Shown piece after piece: positions 10,696 through 20,727 of a stretch of 64,000 bases of DNA. The notes under the pieces were generated by a model. It was given only the letters and a program-made list of their open reading frames with translations, did not search any database and had not been told where the DNA came from. Positions within the stretch are counted from its first letter, which is position 1, and each line of letters begins with the position of its first letter. The DNA lies in the NCBI RefSeq assembly GCF_053078305.1, contig NZ_CP166879.1. One strand, written 5' to 3'. A program made the position numbers and the translations under genes.

Positions 10696-12362
10696 ACTTT
10701 TCTCCCTGCGTGTTGATACCCTGCTACAACCACGGCGCGATGATGCCGGGCGTGCTGGCGCGTCTTAAGCCATTTAATCTGCCCTGTATTGTGGTGGATG
10801 ACGGCAGCGATGCCACCACACAACAGCAACTGGACAGTCTGCTTGCCGAACAGCCTGGCGTGACCTTAATTCGCCTGGCAGAAAACGCAGGCAAAGGCGC
10901 GGCGGTGATGCGTGGCTTACAGGCAGCGGCAGACGCAGGGTTCAGCCATGCGGTGCAGGTGGATGCTGACGGTCAGCACGCGATTGAAGATATCCCTAAA
11001 CTGCTGGCACTCGCTGAACAACAACCTGCGGCACTGATCTCCGGCCAGCCAATTTACGATGACTCCATCCCCCGCTCACGGCTTTACGGGCGCTGGGTCA
11101 CCCACGTTTGGGTATGGATCGAAACGCTCTCCCTGCAACTGAAAGACAGCATGTGCGGCTTTCGCGTTTATCCGGTTGCGCCAACGCTGCAACTGGCAAA
11201 ACACGCCACCATCGGCAAGCGGATGGATTTCGACACTGAAGTGATGGTGCGCCTCTACTGGCAGGGAAACACCAGCTATTTCGTGCCGACCCGCGTCACC
11301 TATCCACTGGACGGGCTTTCGCATTTTGATGCCCTGAAAGATAACGTCCGCATCTCGCTCATGCACACGCGTCTGTTTTTCGGCATGTTACCGCGTATTC
11401 CTTCACTGCTGATGCGCCGCTCTTCCAGCCACTGGGCGCGGCAGAGTGAAGTGAAAGGATTATGGGGAATGCGCCTGATGCTGCTTGTCTGGCGTCTGCT
11501 GGGAAGAACGGCGTTTAGCGCGCTGCTTTACCCGGTGGTGGGCGTCTACTGGCTCACTGCTTCTCGTGCGCGCAAAGCGTCGCAAGACTGGCTCGCCCGT
11601 GTACGACAGCATCAACCACAGGCGGCAAAACTCAACAGCTATCAGCACTTTCTGCGTTTCGGTAATGCCATGCTCGACAAAATCGCCAGCTGGCGCGGCG
11701 AGCTACAACTGGGGCGTGATGTGCTGTTTGCGCCAGGCGCAGAAGCGGCGCTTGACGTCCGCGATCCGCGCGGCAAATTGCTGCTGGCCTCGCATCTTGG
11801 CGATGTGGAAGTGTGCCGGGCGCTGGCAAAAATTCAGGGCTACAAAACCATTAACGCGCTGGTGTTTAGCGAAAACGCCCAACGCTTTAAACAGATAATG
11901 CAGGAGATGGCTCCTCAGGCAGGCATTAACCTGATGCCGGTAACAGATATCGGCCCAGAAACCGCCATCCTGCTGAAAGAGAAGCTGAATAACGGCGAAT
12001 GGGTGGCGATTGTCGGTGACCGCATCGCCGTCACCCCGCAACGCGGCGGCGACTGGCGCGTCTGCTGGAGTCCGTTTATGGGCCAGCCTGCGCCCTTCCC
12101 ACAGGGGCCGTTTATTCTCGCCTCTATTTTGCGCTGCCCAGTGAATCTGATTTTCGCCCTACGCCAGCACGGCAAGCTGCATATTCACTGCGAAACCTTT
12201 GCCGACCCGCTGCTGTTGCCGCGTGGCGAACGCCAACAGGCGCTGCAAAACGCTATCGACCACTACGCCGCGCGTCTGGAACATTACGCGCTCCAGTCGC
12301 CCCTCGACTGGTTTAATTTTTTCGATTTCTGGCAACTGCCGGAAATTCAGGACAAGGAGTAA
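10686..12362 (+). CDS. bifunctional glycosyltransferase family 2 / lipid-A-type acyltransferase
   Basis: 558 aa; N-terminal GT2 signature (LIPCYNHG...VVDDGSDA) and C-terminal LpxL/HtrB-like acyltransferase region. Confidence 0.7.
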   Translation: MSVNFSPCVLIPCYNHGAMMPGVLARLKPFNLPCIVVDDGSDATTQQQLDSLLAEQPGVTLIRLAENAGKGAAVMRGLQAAADAGFSHAVQVDADGQHAIEDIPKLLALAEQQPAALISGQPIYDDSIPRSRLYGRWVTHVWVWIETLSLQLKDSMCGFRVYPVAPTLQLAKHATIGKRMDFDTEVMVRLYWQGNTSYFVPTRVTYPLDGLSHFDALKDNVRISLMHTRLFFGMLPRIPSLLMRRSSSHWARQSEVKGLWGMRLMLLVWRLLGRTAFSALLYPVVGVYWLTASRARKASQDWLARVRQHQPQAAKLNSYQHFLRFGNAMLDKIASWRGELQLGRDVLFAPGAEAALDVRDPRGKLLLASHLGDVEVCRALAKIQGYKTINALVFSENAQRFKQIMQEMAPQAGINLMPVTDIGPETAILLKEKLNNGEWVAIVGDRIAVTPQRGGDWRVCWSPFMGQPAPFPQGPFILASILRCPVNLIFALRQHGKLHIHCETFADPLLLPRGERQQALQNAIDHYAARLEHYALQSPLDWFNFFDFWQLPEIQDKE

Positions 12363-12365
12363 AGG

Positions 12366-12788
12366 GTGCTTAACGATCCCCGATTTACCGCTGAAGTCGA
12401 GCTGACCATTCCCTTTCACGACGTCGATATGATGGGCGTGGCCTGGCACGGTAACTATTTTCGCTACTTTGAAGTGGCCCGCGAGGCGCTGCTCAACCAG
12501 TTCAATTACGGCTATCGGCAGATGAAAGAGTCCGGTTATTTGTGGCCAGTGGTCGATGCGCGGGTGAAATATCGCCACGCCCTCACCTTTGAGCAACGCA
12601 TCCGCGTGCGTGCGCATATCGAAGAGTTCGAAAACCGTCTGCGGATTGGCTATCAGATTTTCGATGCCGAAACGGGCAAACGCGCCACCACCGGATACAC
12701 CATTCAGGTCGCGGTCGACGAGCAAAGCCGCGAACTGTGCTTTGTCAGCCCCGATATTCTGTTTGAACGCATGGGAGTCAAATCATGA
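12366..12788 (+). CDS. acyl-CoA/ACP thioesterase (4-hydroxybenzoyl-CoA thioesterase/YbgC-like hotdog)
   Basis: 140 aa; GTG start; HDVDMMGVAWHGNYFRYFE motif. Confidence 0.7.
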   Translation: MLNDPRFTAEVELTIPFHDVDMMGVAWHGNYFRYFEVAREALLNQFNYGYRQMKESGYLWPVVDARVKYRHALTFEQRIRVRAHIEEFENRLRIGYQIFDAETGKRATTGYTIQVAVDEQSRELCFVSPDILFERMGVKS

Positions 12789-13390
12789 AATTTTTACCGC
12801 TGCTGGCGCTGCTGATTAGCCCGTTTGTGAGCGCCCTGAGCCTGGACGATCTTCAGCAACGCTTTACCGAACAGCCGGTGATCCGCGCCCATTTCGATCA
12901 AACCCGGACGATTAAAGATCTGCCGCAGCCGCTGCGATCTCAGGGCCAGATGTTGATCGCCCGCGACCAGGGGCTGTTGTGGGATCAAACCTCACCGTTC
13001 CCCATGCAACTATTACTGGACGATAAACGCATGGTGCAGGTGATCAACGGTCAGCCGCCGCAAATCATCACGGCAGAAAACAACCCGCAGATGTTCCAGT
13101 TTAACCACCTGCTGCGCGCGCTGTTCCAGGCCGATCGCAAAGTGCTGGAACAAAACTTCCGCGTCGAATTTGCTGACAAAGGCGAAGGCCGCTGGACGCT
13201 GCGCCTGACGCCGACCACCACGCCGCTGGATAAAATTTTCAACACCATCGATCTCGCCGGGAAAACCTATCTGGAGAGCATTCAACTTAATGATAAACAG
13301 GGCGATCGCACCGATATTGCTCTTACCCAACATCAACTGACGCCAGCGCAACTGACCGATGACGAACGCCAACGTTTTGCCGCCCAGTAA
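12785..13390 (+). CDS. LolA-like outer-membrane lipoprotein carrier family protein
   Basis: 201 aa with signal peptide; 4-bp overlap with the previous gene. Confidence 0.65.
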   Translation: MKFLPLLALLISPFVSALSLDDLQQRFTEQPVIRAHFDQTRTIKDLPQPLRSQGQMLIARDQGLLWDQTSPFPMQLLLDDKRMVQVINGQPPQIITAENNPQMFQFNHLLRALFQADRKVLEQNFRVEFADKGEGRWTLRLTPTTTPLDKIFNTIDLAGKTYLESIQLNDKQGDRTDIALTQHQLTPAQLTDDERQRFAAQ

Positions 13391-15677
13391 ACGCCCCGCG
13401 CTGTTATGGGGGCTAGTCTGCCTGGTCATGGCGGCGGCGTTGCTGATCCTGCTGCCGCAATCACGGCTGAACAGTAGCGTGCTGGCTATGTTACCCAAAC
13501 AGGCGATGGGCGATATTCCCCCAGCGCTGAATGACGGCTTTATGCAGCGTCTGGACCGCCAACTGGTGTGGCTGGTCAGCCCCGGTAAAGAGGCTAATCC
13601 CAGGGTCGCTCAGGAGTGGCTGACGCTGCTGCAAAAATCCGCTGCGCTCGGCGACGTTAAAGGACCAATGGATGCCGCCAGCCAGCAAGCGTGGGGAGCG
13701 TTTTTCTGGCAGCACCGCAACGGCCTGATTGACCCCGACACCCGCGCCCGCCTGCAAAACGGTGGCGAAGCGCAGGCGCAGTGGATCCTCTCCCAGCTTT
13801 ATTCCGCATTCTCCGGGGTAAGCGGCAAGGAGCTGCAAAACGATCCGCTGATGTTAATGCGCGGCTCGCAGCTGGCGATGGCGAAAAACGGCCAGCGTTT
13901 GCGGCTGATGGACGGCTGGCTGGTGACGCAGGATCCCCAGGGCAACTACTGGTATCTGCTGCACGGTGAACTGGCGGGATCGTCGTTTGATATGCAGCAA
14001 ACCCACCAGCTCATCACGACCCTGAATACGCTGGAAAAGGATCTGAAAACGCGTTACCCACAGGCGCAGTTGCTCTCGCGCGGCACGGTATTTTACAGCG
14101 ATTACGCCAGTCAACAGGCGAAGCAGGATATCTCAACCCTGGGCGTGGCAACGCTGCTGGGGGTGATATTGCTGATTGTGGCGGTGTTCCGCTCTTTACG
14201 CCCGTTGCTACTTTGCGTGATTTCCATCGGCATCGGCGCACTGGCAGGAACGGTCGCCACATTGTTGATTTTCGGCGAATTACACCTGATGACGCTGGTG
14301 ATGAGCATGAGCGTTATTGGCATTTCCGCTGACTACACGCTCTATTACCTCACCGAACGAATGGTGCACGGCAACGACGTTTCACCGTGGCAAAGCCTGG
14401 CGAAAGTGCGCAATGCCCTGCTGCTGGCGCTGCTCACCACCGTGGCGGCGTATCTGATTATGATGCTCGCCCCCTTCCCCGGCATTCGCCAGATGGCGAT
14501 TTTTGCCGCCGTCGGGTTGAGCGCCTCCTGTCTGACCGTCCTGTTCTGGCATCCGTGGCTGTGCCGTGGCCTGCCGGTGCGTCCGGTTCCGGCGATGGCG
14601 CTGATGCTACGCTGGCTGGCAGCGTGGCGGCGCAATAAAAAACTGTCGCGGGGTCTGCCCGTCGTGCTGGCGCTGTTTTCGCTGGCGGGGATGTCAATGC
14701 TGCGCGTCGATGACGATATCTCGCAGTTACAGGCGCTACCGCAGCATATTCTGGCCCAGGAGAAAGCCATCACCGCTCTGACCGGGCAGAGCGTCGATCA
14801 AAAATGGTTCGTGGTTTACGGCGACTCCCCACAGCAAACATTGCGGCGACTGGAGAAATTTACCACCTCGCTGGAGAATGCGAAAAAAGAGGGGCTTATC
14901 AGCAACTACCGCACCATTCCGCTGAACTCCCTGGCGCGGCAGGAGGAAGATTTACATCTGCTGACAACAGCGGCCCCGACAGTAACAAAAGCACTGCAAA
15001 ATGCCGGGCTGACAACAGTGAACCCGGATCTCAACGCCATGCCAGTGAACGTTGATGAATGGCTGGCAAGCCCCGCCAGTGAAGGCTGGCGTCTGCTGTG
15101 GCTGACGCTGGAAAATGGCGCAAGCAGCGTGCTGGTGCCGGTTGAAGGGGTTAAAAATAGCGCGGCGCTACAGGAAATCTCCAGCTATTACCCTTGTGGC
15201 ATTGCCTGGGTTGATCGCAAAAACACCTTTGATGAATTGTTCGCACTTTACCGTTATGTGTTAACCGGCTTGTTGCTGGTGGCGTTGGCAGTAATTGCCT
15301 GCGGCGCAGTGGCCCGCCTCGGCTGGCGAAAAGGGTTTATCAGCCTTGTACCTTCGGTGCTTTCGCTGGGTTGTGGTCTGGCGGTGCTGGCGATGAGCGG
15401 GCAGGCGGTGAATCTCTTTTCGCTGCTGGCGCTGGTGCTGGTGCTTGGCATCGGCATCAACTACACGCTGTTTTTCAGTAATCCGCGCGGCACACCATTA
15501 ACTTCGCTACTGGCGATCACGCTGGCAATGCTCACCACCTTGCTGACGCTGGGAATGCTGGTATTCAGCGCCACCCAGGCCATCAGCAGTTTTGGCATTG
15601 TGCTGGTGAGCGGTATTTTCACCGCCTTCCTGCTTTCGCCGCTGGCGATGCCCGATAAAAAGAGAACAAAAAAATGA
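13359..15677 (+). CDS. MMPL/RND-superfamily exporter
   Basis: 772 aa; two blocks of TM helices separated by periplasmic domains. Confidence 0.8.
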   Translation: MTNANVLPPSKRPALLWGLVCLVMAAALLILLPQSRLNSSVLAMLPKQAMGDIPPALNDGFMQRLDRQLVWLVSPGKEANPRVAQEWLTLLQKSAALGDVKGPMDAASQQAWGAFFWQHRNGLIDPDTRARLQNGGEAQAQWILSQLYSAFSGVSGKELQNDPLMLMRGSQLAMAKNGQRLRLMDGWLVTQDPQGNYWYLLHGELAGSSFDMQQTHQLITTLNTLEKDLKTRYPQAQLLSRGTVFYSDYASQQAKQDISTLGVATLLGVILLIVAVFRSLRPLLLCVISIGIGALAGTVATLLIFGELHLMTLVMSMSVIGISADYTLYYLTERMVHGNDVSPWQSLAKVRNALLLALLTTVAAYLIMMLAPFPGIRQMAIFAAVGLSASCLTVLFWHPWLCRGLPVRPVPAMALMLRWLAAWRRNKKLSRGLPVVLALFSLAGMSMLRVDDDISQLQALPQHILAQEKAITALTGQSVDQKWFVVYGDSPQQTLRRLEKFTTSLENAKKEGLISNYRTIPLNSLARQEEDLHLLTTAAPTVTKALQNAGLTTVNPDLNAMPVNVDEWLASPASEGWRLLWLTLENGASSVLVPVEGVKNSAALQEISSYYPCGIAWVDRKNTFDELFALYRYVLTGLLLVALAVIACGAVARLGWRKGFISLVPSVLSLGCGLAVLAMSGQAVNLFSLLALVLVLGIGINYTLFFSNPRGTPLTSLLAITLAMLTTLLTLGMLVFSATQAISSFGIVLVSGIFTAFLLSPLAMPDKKRTKK

Positions 15678-16258
15678 TCAAACCTACCTTCTGGCGAGCG
15701 CTCGCCCTGACCGCTACGCTTATCCTCACCGGCTGTAGCCACTCGCAACCGGAACAGGAAGGCCGCCCGCAGGCGTGGCTGCAACCTGGCACGCGCATCA
15801 CGCTGCCGGCACCAGGGATTTCACCCGCCGTCAATTCCCAGCAACTGTTGACCGGCAGCTTCAACGGCAAAACCCAGTCGCTGTTAGTGATGCTTAACGC
15901 CGACGACCAGAAAATCACCCTTGCCGGGCTGTCGTCGGTCGGCATTCGCCTGTTTCTGGTGACCTACGATGCAAAAGGGCTACGCGCCGAGCAATCCATC
16001 GTCGTCCCACAGTTGCCGCCCGCAAGTCAGGTTCTGGCTGACGTAATGCTCAGCCACTGGCCGATTAGCGCCTGGCAACCGCAACTTCCCGCTGGCTGGA
16101 CACTTCGCGACAACGGTGACAAACGCGAACTGCGTAACGCCAGCGGCAAACTGGTCACGGAAATCACCTATCTGAATCGCCAGGGAAAACGCGTGCCAAT
16201 CAGCATTGAGCAGCATGTCTTTAAATACCACATCACCATTCAATACTTAGGTGACTGA
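15674..16258 (+). CDS. lipoprotein, DUF3261-like
   Basis: 194 aa; lipobox LTGCS; translationally coupled to flanking genes. Confidence 0.55.
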   Translation: MIKPTFWRALALTATLILTGCSHSQPEQEGRPQAWLQPGTRITLPAPGISPAVNSQQLLTGSFNGKTQSLLVMLNADDQKITLAGLSSVGIRLFLVTYDAKGLRAEQSIVVPQLPPASQVLADVMLSHWPISAWQPQLPAGWTLRDNGDKRELRNASGKLVTEITYLNRQGKRVPISIEQHVFKYHITIQYLGD

Positions 16259-17429
16259 TATGATTTATATTTCCGCCGTCGGCATGATCAACGCCCTGGG
16301 AAATAACCTTGACGAAATCGCAGCCAACCTAGCTCGCGGTGTCGCCCCCGGAATGCGCCCACGCGCAGGCTGGTTGCAGGGGCATCCGCAGGCGGTCCTG
16401 GCTGGCGTGGATGGCGAGCTTCCGCTTATCCCGGAAAAATTCGCTGCGCATCGCTCGCGCAACAATCAGATCCTGCTGGCGGCGCTGGCGCAGCTCCAGC
16501 CGCAGGTTGATGACGCTATAGCGAAATATGGTCGCGAGCGCATCGCGATTGTACTTGGCACCAGCACCTCCGGCCTGCATGAAGGCGACACGCACGTTAA
16601 CCTACGCACCCACGGGCAGCCGAGCACCACATGGCACTACGCGCAACAGGAACTCGGCGATCCGTCGCGTTTTCTCAGCCACTGGCTGGCGCTCGACGGC
16701 CCGGCCTATACCCTTTCAACCGCCTGCTCTTCCAGCGCCAGAGCGATAATCAGCGGGCGCAGGCTTATCGAAGCGGGGCTGGTCGATGCCGCCATTGTGG
16801 GTGGTGCAGACACCCTGAGCCGGATGCCGATTAACGGTTTTCACAGCCTCGAATCGCTGTCGCCAACCTTATGTCAGCCGTTTGGTCGTGACCGCGCAGG
16901 TATCACCATTGGTGAAGGGGCGGGGCTAATGCTGCTGACCCGGGAACCGCAGCCCATCGCGTTGCTGGGCGTTGGTGAATCGAGCGACGCTTACCATATT
17001 TCAGCCCCGCATCCGCAGGGCGAAGGAGCGATCCGCGCTATTAATCAGGCGCTGACCGATGCGCAGCTTACGCCGGATGACGTCGGCTATATCAACCTGC
17101 ACGGCACCGCCACACAGCTCAACGACCAGATTGAATCAATGGTGGTTAACGCCCTGTTTGGCGAACGCGTACCGTGCAGCTCCACCAAACATTTGACCGG
17201 ACACACGCTGGGCGCAGCGGGCATTACCGAGGCGGCAATTAGTATGTTGATTTTACAGCGTGATTTACCGCTGCCCGCTCAGGACTTCAGCCTGTCGCCG
17301 CGCGATCCCACGCTGCCACCGTGTGGCATTATCGAAAAACCGCAGCCGCTGGCACGTCCGGTGATCCTGTCCAATTCCTTCGCCTTTGGCGGCAATAACG
17401 CCAGCATTCTGCTCGGGAGGGTTTCGTGA
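16251..17429 (+). CDS. beta-ketoacyl-ACP synthase
   Basis: 392 aa; KS active-site Cys context (STACSSS) and His/His motifs (NLHGTAT; GHTLGAAG). Confidence 0.8.
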   Translation: MTDMIYISAVGMINALGNNLDEIAANLARGVAPGMRPRAGWLQGHPQAVLAGVDGELPLIPEKFAAHRSRNNQILLAALAQLQPQVDDAIAKYGRERIAIVLGTSTSGLHEGDTHVNLRTHGQPSTTWHYAQQELGDPSRFLSHWLALDGPAYTLSTACSSSARAIISGRRLIEAGLVDAAIVGGADTLSRMPINGFHSLESLSPTLCQPFGRDRAGITIGEGAGLMLLTREPQPIALLGVGESSDAYHISAPHPQGEGAIRAINQALTDAQLTPDDVGYINLHGTATQLNDQIESMVVNALFGERVPCSSTKHLTGHTLGAAGITEAAISMLILQRDLPLPAQDFSLSPRDPTLPPCGIIEKPQPLARPVILSNSFAFGGNNASILLGRVS

Positions 17430-17890
17430 GCCACTATTTATCCCCCGGCGCTTATCTGCCCCACGACGCGCCCATGTTACTGCTGGAAGACGTGGTGAGC
17501 GTCAGCGATGACAGCGCGGTGTGCCGCGTGACGGTTTCGCCCAGTGGCGTACTGGCACCGTTTCTCGACCCGGACGGCAATCTCCCTGGCTGGTTTGCCC
17601 TTGAACTGATGGCGCAAACCGTCGGCGTCTGGTCTGGCTGGCATCGCCACCAGCAGGGCAAAAACAGTATTGAGTTAGGGATGATACTGGGCGCGCGTGA
17701 ATTGCTTTGCGCCGCTGGCATTCTGCCCGCAGGCCAGACGCTGACCATTACCGTCAAACTGCTGATGCAGGACGATCGCTTCGGCAGTTTTGAGTGCAGC
17801 ATCAACGACGGCGAGGCGACGGGCCGCATTAACACCTTCCAGCCGACCGCGGAAGAACTTACCACCCTGTTTCAACAAGGAGCGTCCTGA
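17426..17890 (+). CDS. hotdog-fold dehydratase (FabA/FabZ-like)
   Basis: 154 aa; overlapping start/stop with neighbours. Confidence 0.65.
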   Translation: MSHYLSPGAYLPHDAPMLLLEDVVSVSDDSAVCRVTVSPSGVLAPFLDPDGNLPGWFALELMAQTVGVWSGWHRHQQGKNSIELGMILGARELLCAAGILPAGQTLTITVKLLMQDDRFGSFECSINDGEATGRINTFQPTAEELTTLFQQGAS

Positions 17891-18621
17891 TGAGTCGTTC
17901 AGTTCTGGTTACTGGTGCCAGCAAAGGCATTGGTCGCGCCATCGCCTGCCAACTGGCGGCAGACGGCTTTAACATTGGCGTTCACTATCACCGTGACGCC
18001 ACAGGCGCTCAGGAAACGCTGAATGCCATTGTCGCCAACGGGGGTAACGGGCGTTTGCTCAGTTTCGACGTCGCAAACCGCGAACAGTGTCGGGAAGTGC
18101 TGGAGCATGAGATCGCGCAACACGGTGCCTGGTACGGCGTGGTCAGTAACGCCGGGATCGCCCGCGATGCCGCTTTTCCGGCTTTAAGCGATGACGACTG
18201 GGATGCGGTGATCCACACCAATCTCGACAGTTTCTACAACGTCATTCAGCCGTGCATTATGCCAATGATCGGCGCGCGCCAGGGTGGGCGCATCATCACG
18301 CTGTCCTCGGTTTCCGGCGTAATGGGCAATCGCGGCCAGGTGAATTACAGCGCTGCCAAAGCCGGAATTATCGGCGCAACAAAAGCGCTGGCTATCGAAC
18401 TCGCAAAGCGCAAAATCACCGTCAATTGCATCGCGCCAGGGCTTATTGATACCGGGATGATCGAAATGGAAGAGAGCGCTCTGAAAGAGGCAATGTCGAT
18501 GATCCCCATGAAACGTATGGGCCAGGCGGAAGAAGTTGCCGGGCTTGCCAGTTATTTAATGTCTGATATTGCGGGTTACGTCACCCGCCAGGTTATTTCC
18601 ATCAACGGAGGGATGTTATGA
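17890..18621 (+). CDS. 3-oxoacyl-ACP reductase (FabG-like SDR)
   Basis: 243 aa; TGASKGIGRAIA Rossmann motif and YSAAK catalytic motif. Confidence 0.85.
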   Translation: MSRSVLVTGASKGIGRAIACQLAADGFNIGVHYHRDATGAQETLNAIVANGGNGRLLSFDVANREQCREVLEHEIAQHGAWYGVVSNAGIARDAAFPALSDDDWDAVIHTNLDSFYNVIQPCIMPMIGARQGGRIITLSSVSGVMGNRGQVNYSAAKAGIIGATKALAIELAKRKITVNCIAPGLIDTGMIEMEESALKEAMSMIPMKRMGQAEEVAGLASYLMSDIAGYVTRQVISINGGML

Positions 18622-19847
18622 CACGTCGCGTAGTGATTACAGGAATGGGTGGCGTGACTGCCTTTGGTGAAAACTGGCAGGACGTTTCTGCACGCTTACT
18701 GGCGTATGAAAATGCGGTGCGCAAAATGCCGGAGTGGCAGGTCTACGACGGGCTGCACACCCTGCTTGGCGCGCCTGTTGATGATTTCACGCTACCGGAG
18801 CACTACACCCGCAAGCGTATCCGTGCGATGGGCCGCGTGTCGCAAATGTCGACCCGTGCCAGCGAGCTGGCGTTAGAGCAGGCAGGGTTGATTGGCGATC
18901 CGATATTAACCAGCGGCGAAACGGGCATTGCGTACGGTTCATCGACCGGCAGTACCGGCCCGGTAAGCGAGTTCGCCACCATGCTGACGGAAAAGCACAC
19001 CAATAACATCACTGGCACCACCTATGTGCAGATGATGCCGCACACCACCGCCGTTAATACTGGCCTCTTTTTCGGCCTGCGCGGGCGGGTGATCCCAACC
19101 TCCAGCGCCTGTACTTCCGGCAGCCAGGCAATCGGTTATGCGTGGGAAGCCATTCGCCACGGTTATCAAACGGTGATGGTTGCTGGTGGTGCCGAAGAGT
19201 TATGTCCTTCAGAAGCAGCGGTATTTGATACGCTTTTCGCCACCAGCCAGCACAATGATGCGCCGAAAACCACACCTTCACCGTTCGATGAAAACCGCGA
19301 CGGGCTGGTGATTGGTGAAGGCGCAGGTACGCTCATTCTCGAAGAACTGGAGCACGCCAAAGCGCGCGGCGCGACCATTTACGGTGAAATCGTCGGCTTT
19401 GCGACTAACTGCGACGCGGCACATATTACCCAGCCGCAGCGCGAAACCATGCAGTATTGTATGGAGCAATCGCTGAAAATCGCCGGGTTAAGCGCACAAG
19501 ATATCGGCTATATTTCAGCGCATGGTACGGCGACCGATCGCGGTGATATGGCAGAAAGTCTGGCGACAGCAACCATTTACGGTGATAATGTGCCGCTCTC
19601 CTCGCTGAAAAGTTATTTTGGTCATACGCTTGGTGCCTGTGGCGCGCTCGAAGCCTGGATGAGTCTGCAAATGATGCGCGAAGGTTGGTTTGCGCCTACG
19701 CTAAACCTGAATAAACCAGACCCGAACTGTGGCGCGCTGGATTACATCATGCATGAAGCCCGAAAGGTTGATTGTGAGTTTTTGCAGAGTAACAACTTTG
19801 CCTTTGGCGGCATTAATACATCCATCATCATTAAGCGCTGGCCCTGA
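18618..19847 (+). CDS. beta-ketoacyl-ACP synthase II (FabF-like)
   Basis: 409 aa; KS Cys context (SSACTSG), HGTAT and GHTLGACG motifs; last gene of the cluster. Confidence 0.85.
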   Translation: MTRRVVITGMGGVTAFGENWQDVSARLLAYENAVRKMPEWQVYDGLHTLLGAPVDDFTLPEHYTRKRIRAMGRVSQMSTRASELALEQAGLIGDPILTSGETGIAYGSSTGSTGPVSEFATMLTEKHTNNITGTTYVQMMPHTTAVNTGLFFGLRGRVIPTSSACTSGSQAIGYAWEAIRHGYQTVMVAGGAEELCPSEAAVFDTLFATSQHNDAPKTTPSPFDENRDGLVIGEGAGTLILEELEHAKARGATIYGEIVGFATNCDAAHITQPQRETMQYCMEQSLKIAGLSAQDIGYISAHGTATDRGDMAESLATATIYGDNVPLSSLKSYFGHTLGACGALEAWMSLQMMREGWFAPTLNLNKPDPNCGALDYIMHEARKVDCEFLQSNNFAFGGINTSIIIKRWP

Positions 19848-19856
19848 GTTATACAA

Positions 19857-19885
19857 CCACATGGACATCCCATGTGGTGATTCTT
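19857..19885 (+). terminator. candidate intrinsic terminator after the APE cluster
   Basis: Perfect 8-bp stem CCACATGG / CCATGTGG with 5-nt loop, followed by a T-rich tail, 10 bp after the stop of the last cluster gene. Confidence 0.35.
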
Positions 19886-20157
19886 CAAAAAATCTGAATC
19901 AATGAATATGAACCTCATCCACATTCAACCATTCTTTTGTTTACCATCTGGTTGTCGCCCCCCCTCCAAAAAGCAAATTCTCTTACGCATACTGGAGAGT
20001 ATTCCGTATAAAGATTCAGCTGGCAAAACTTTATCAGTCTGTAAAAACTAACGGAAGAGTCGATATTTCTCCCGTCCATCACCGGATGATTGTTGCAATA
20101 ACCCATAGCATCAGAGACTGAACAGCAGTTTTTAAAGCAACGTATTGCTCTGATGTA

Positions 20158-20583
20158 TCAGGCTGGGCAACCCGAAAAAAAACTTTCCACCCGACATTGT
20201 CCGCTAGCACTTATCACCCGCCAGGTCTGTTGCAGTAAATCCACCAGTTGTGAACATGCTTCATCACCTGTCACACTGGCTCGCGGATGGCAAATGCTCG
20301 TCTGGCTGAGCAGCAACAGGCATCGTATTGTTGCTCCTCCATGTAGTTGTTCCCGCAACCAGCGTAATACCAGCGGCGATGATGGACTGGTCGTGTGATT
20401 ACGCTCAGTAATACGTTCATAAAAGGAAGTACAGAATGCATGAATCTGTTGCCCGTTGATATTTCCTTCTGCCGAATGGAGTGTGAAGTGGACTGCCAGC
20501 AGATGCGTCCAGTGGTCCACCGCCTGCTGAACAAAACGCCGGATGTCTCCCTGCTCTGAAAATAACGCTTCGGTTATTTGCAC
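20158..20583 (-). CDS. hypothetical protein (orphan ORF at the junction between the APE cluster and the garD remnant)
   Basis: 141-aa ORF, no family recognised; may be a gene remnant. Confidence 0.25.
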   Translation of the reverse strand: MQITEALFSEQGDIRRFVQQAVDHWTHLLAVHFTLHSAEGNINGQQIHAFCTSFYERITERNHTTSPSSPLVLRWLREQLHGGATIRCLLLLSQTSICHPRASVTGDEACSQLVDLLQQTWRVISASGQCRVESFFSGCPA

Positions 20584-20727
20584 GAAATACTACTCCTTCA
20601 GACTCTGTTAAGTTTTGTTTGTTAAATCGGTGCAGACCTGCAGGAAAGCACGCAAGCACCGGCACAGTACGATATAAACATCCGGTACCGGGGATACGAA
20701 TGGAATGACGAATACGCCAGAAAAGGG

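Noticed and set aside
11076-12725. Minus-strand ORFs of 96-188 aa inside the APE cluster (e.g. 12159-12725, 11703-12041)
   Set aside because: Antisense to well-supported plus-strand genes (GT2/acyltransferase, thioesterase); a typical high-GC antisense open frame.
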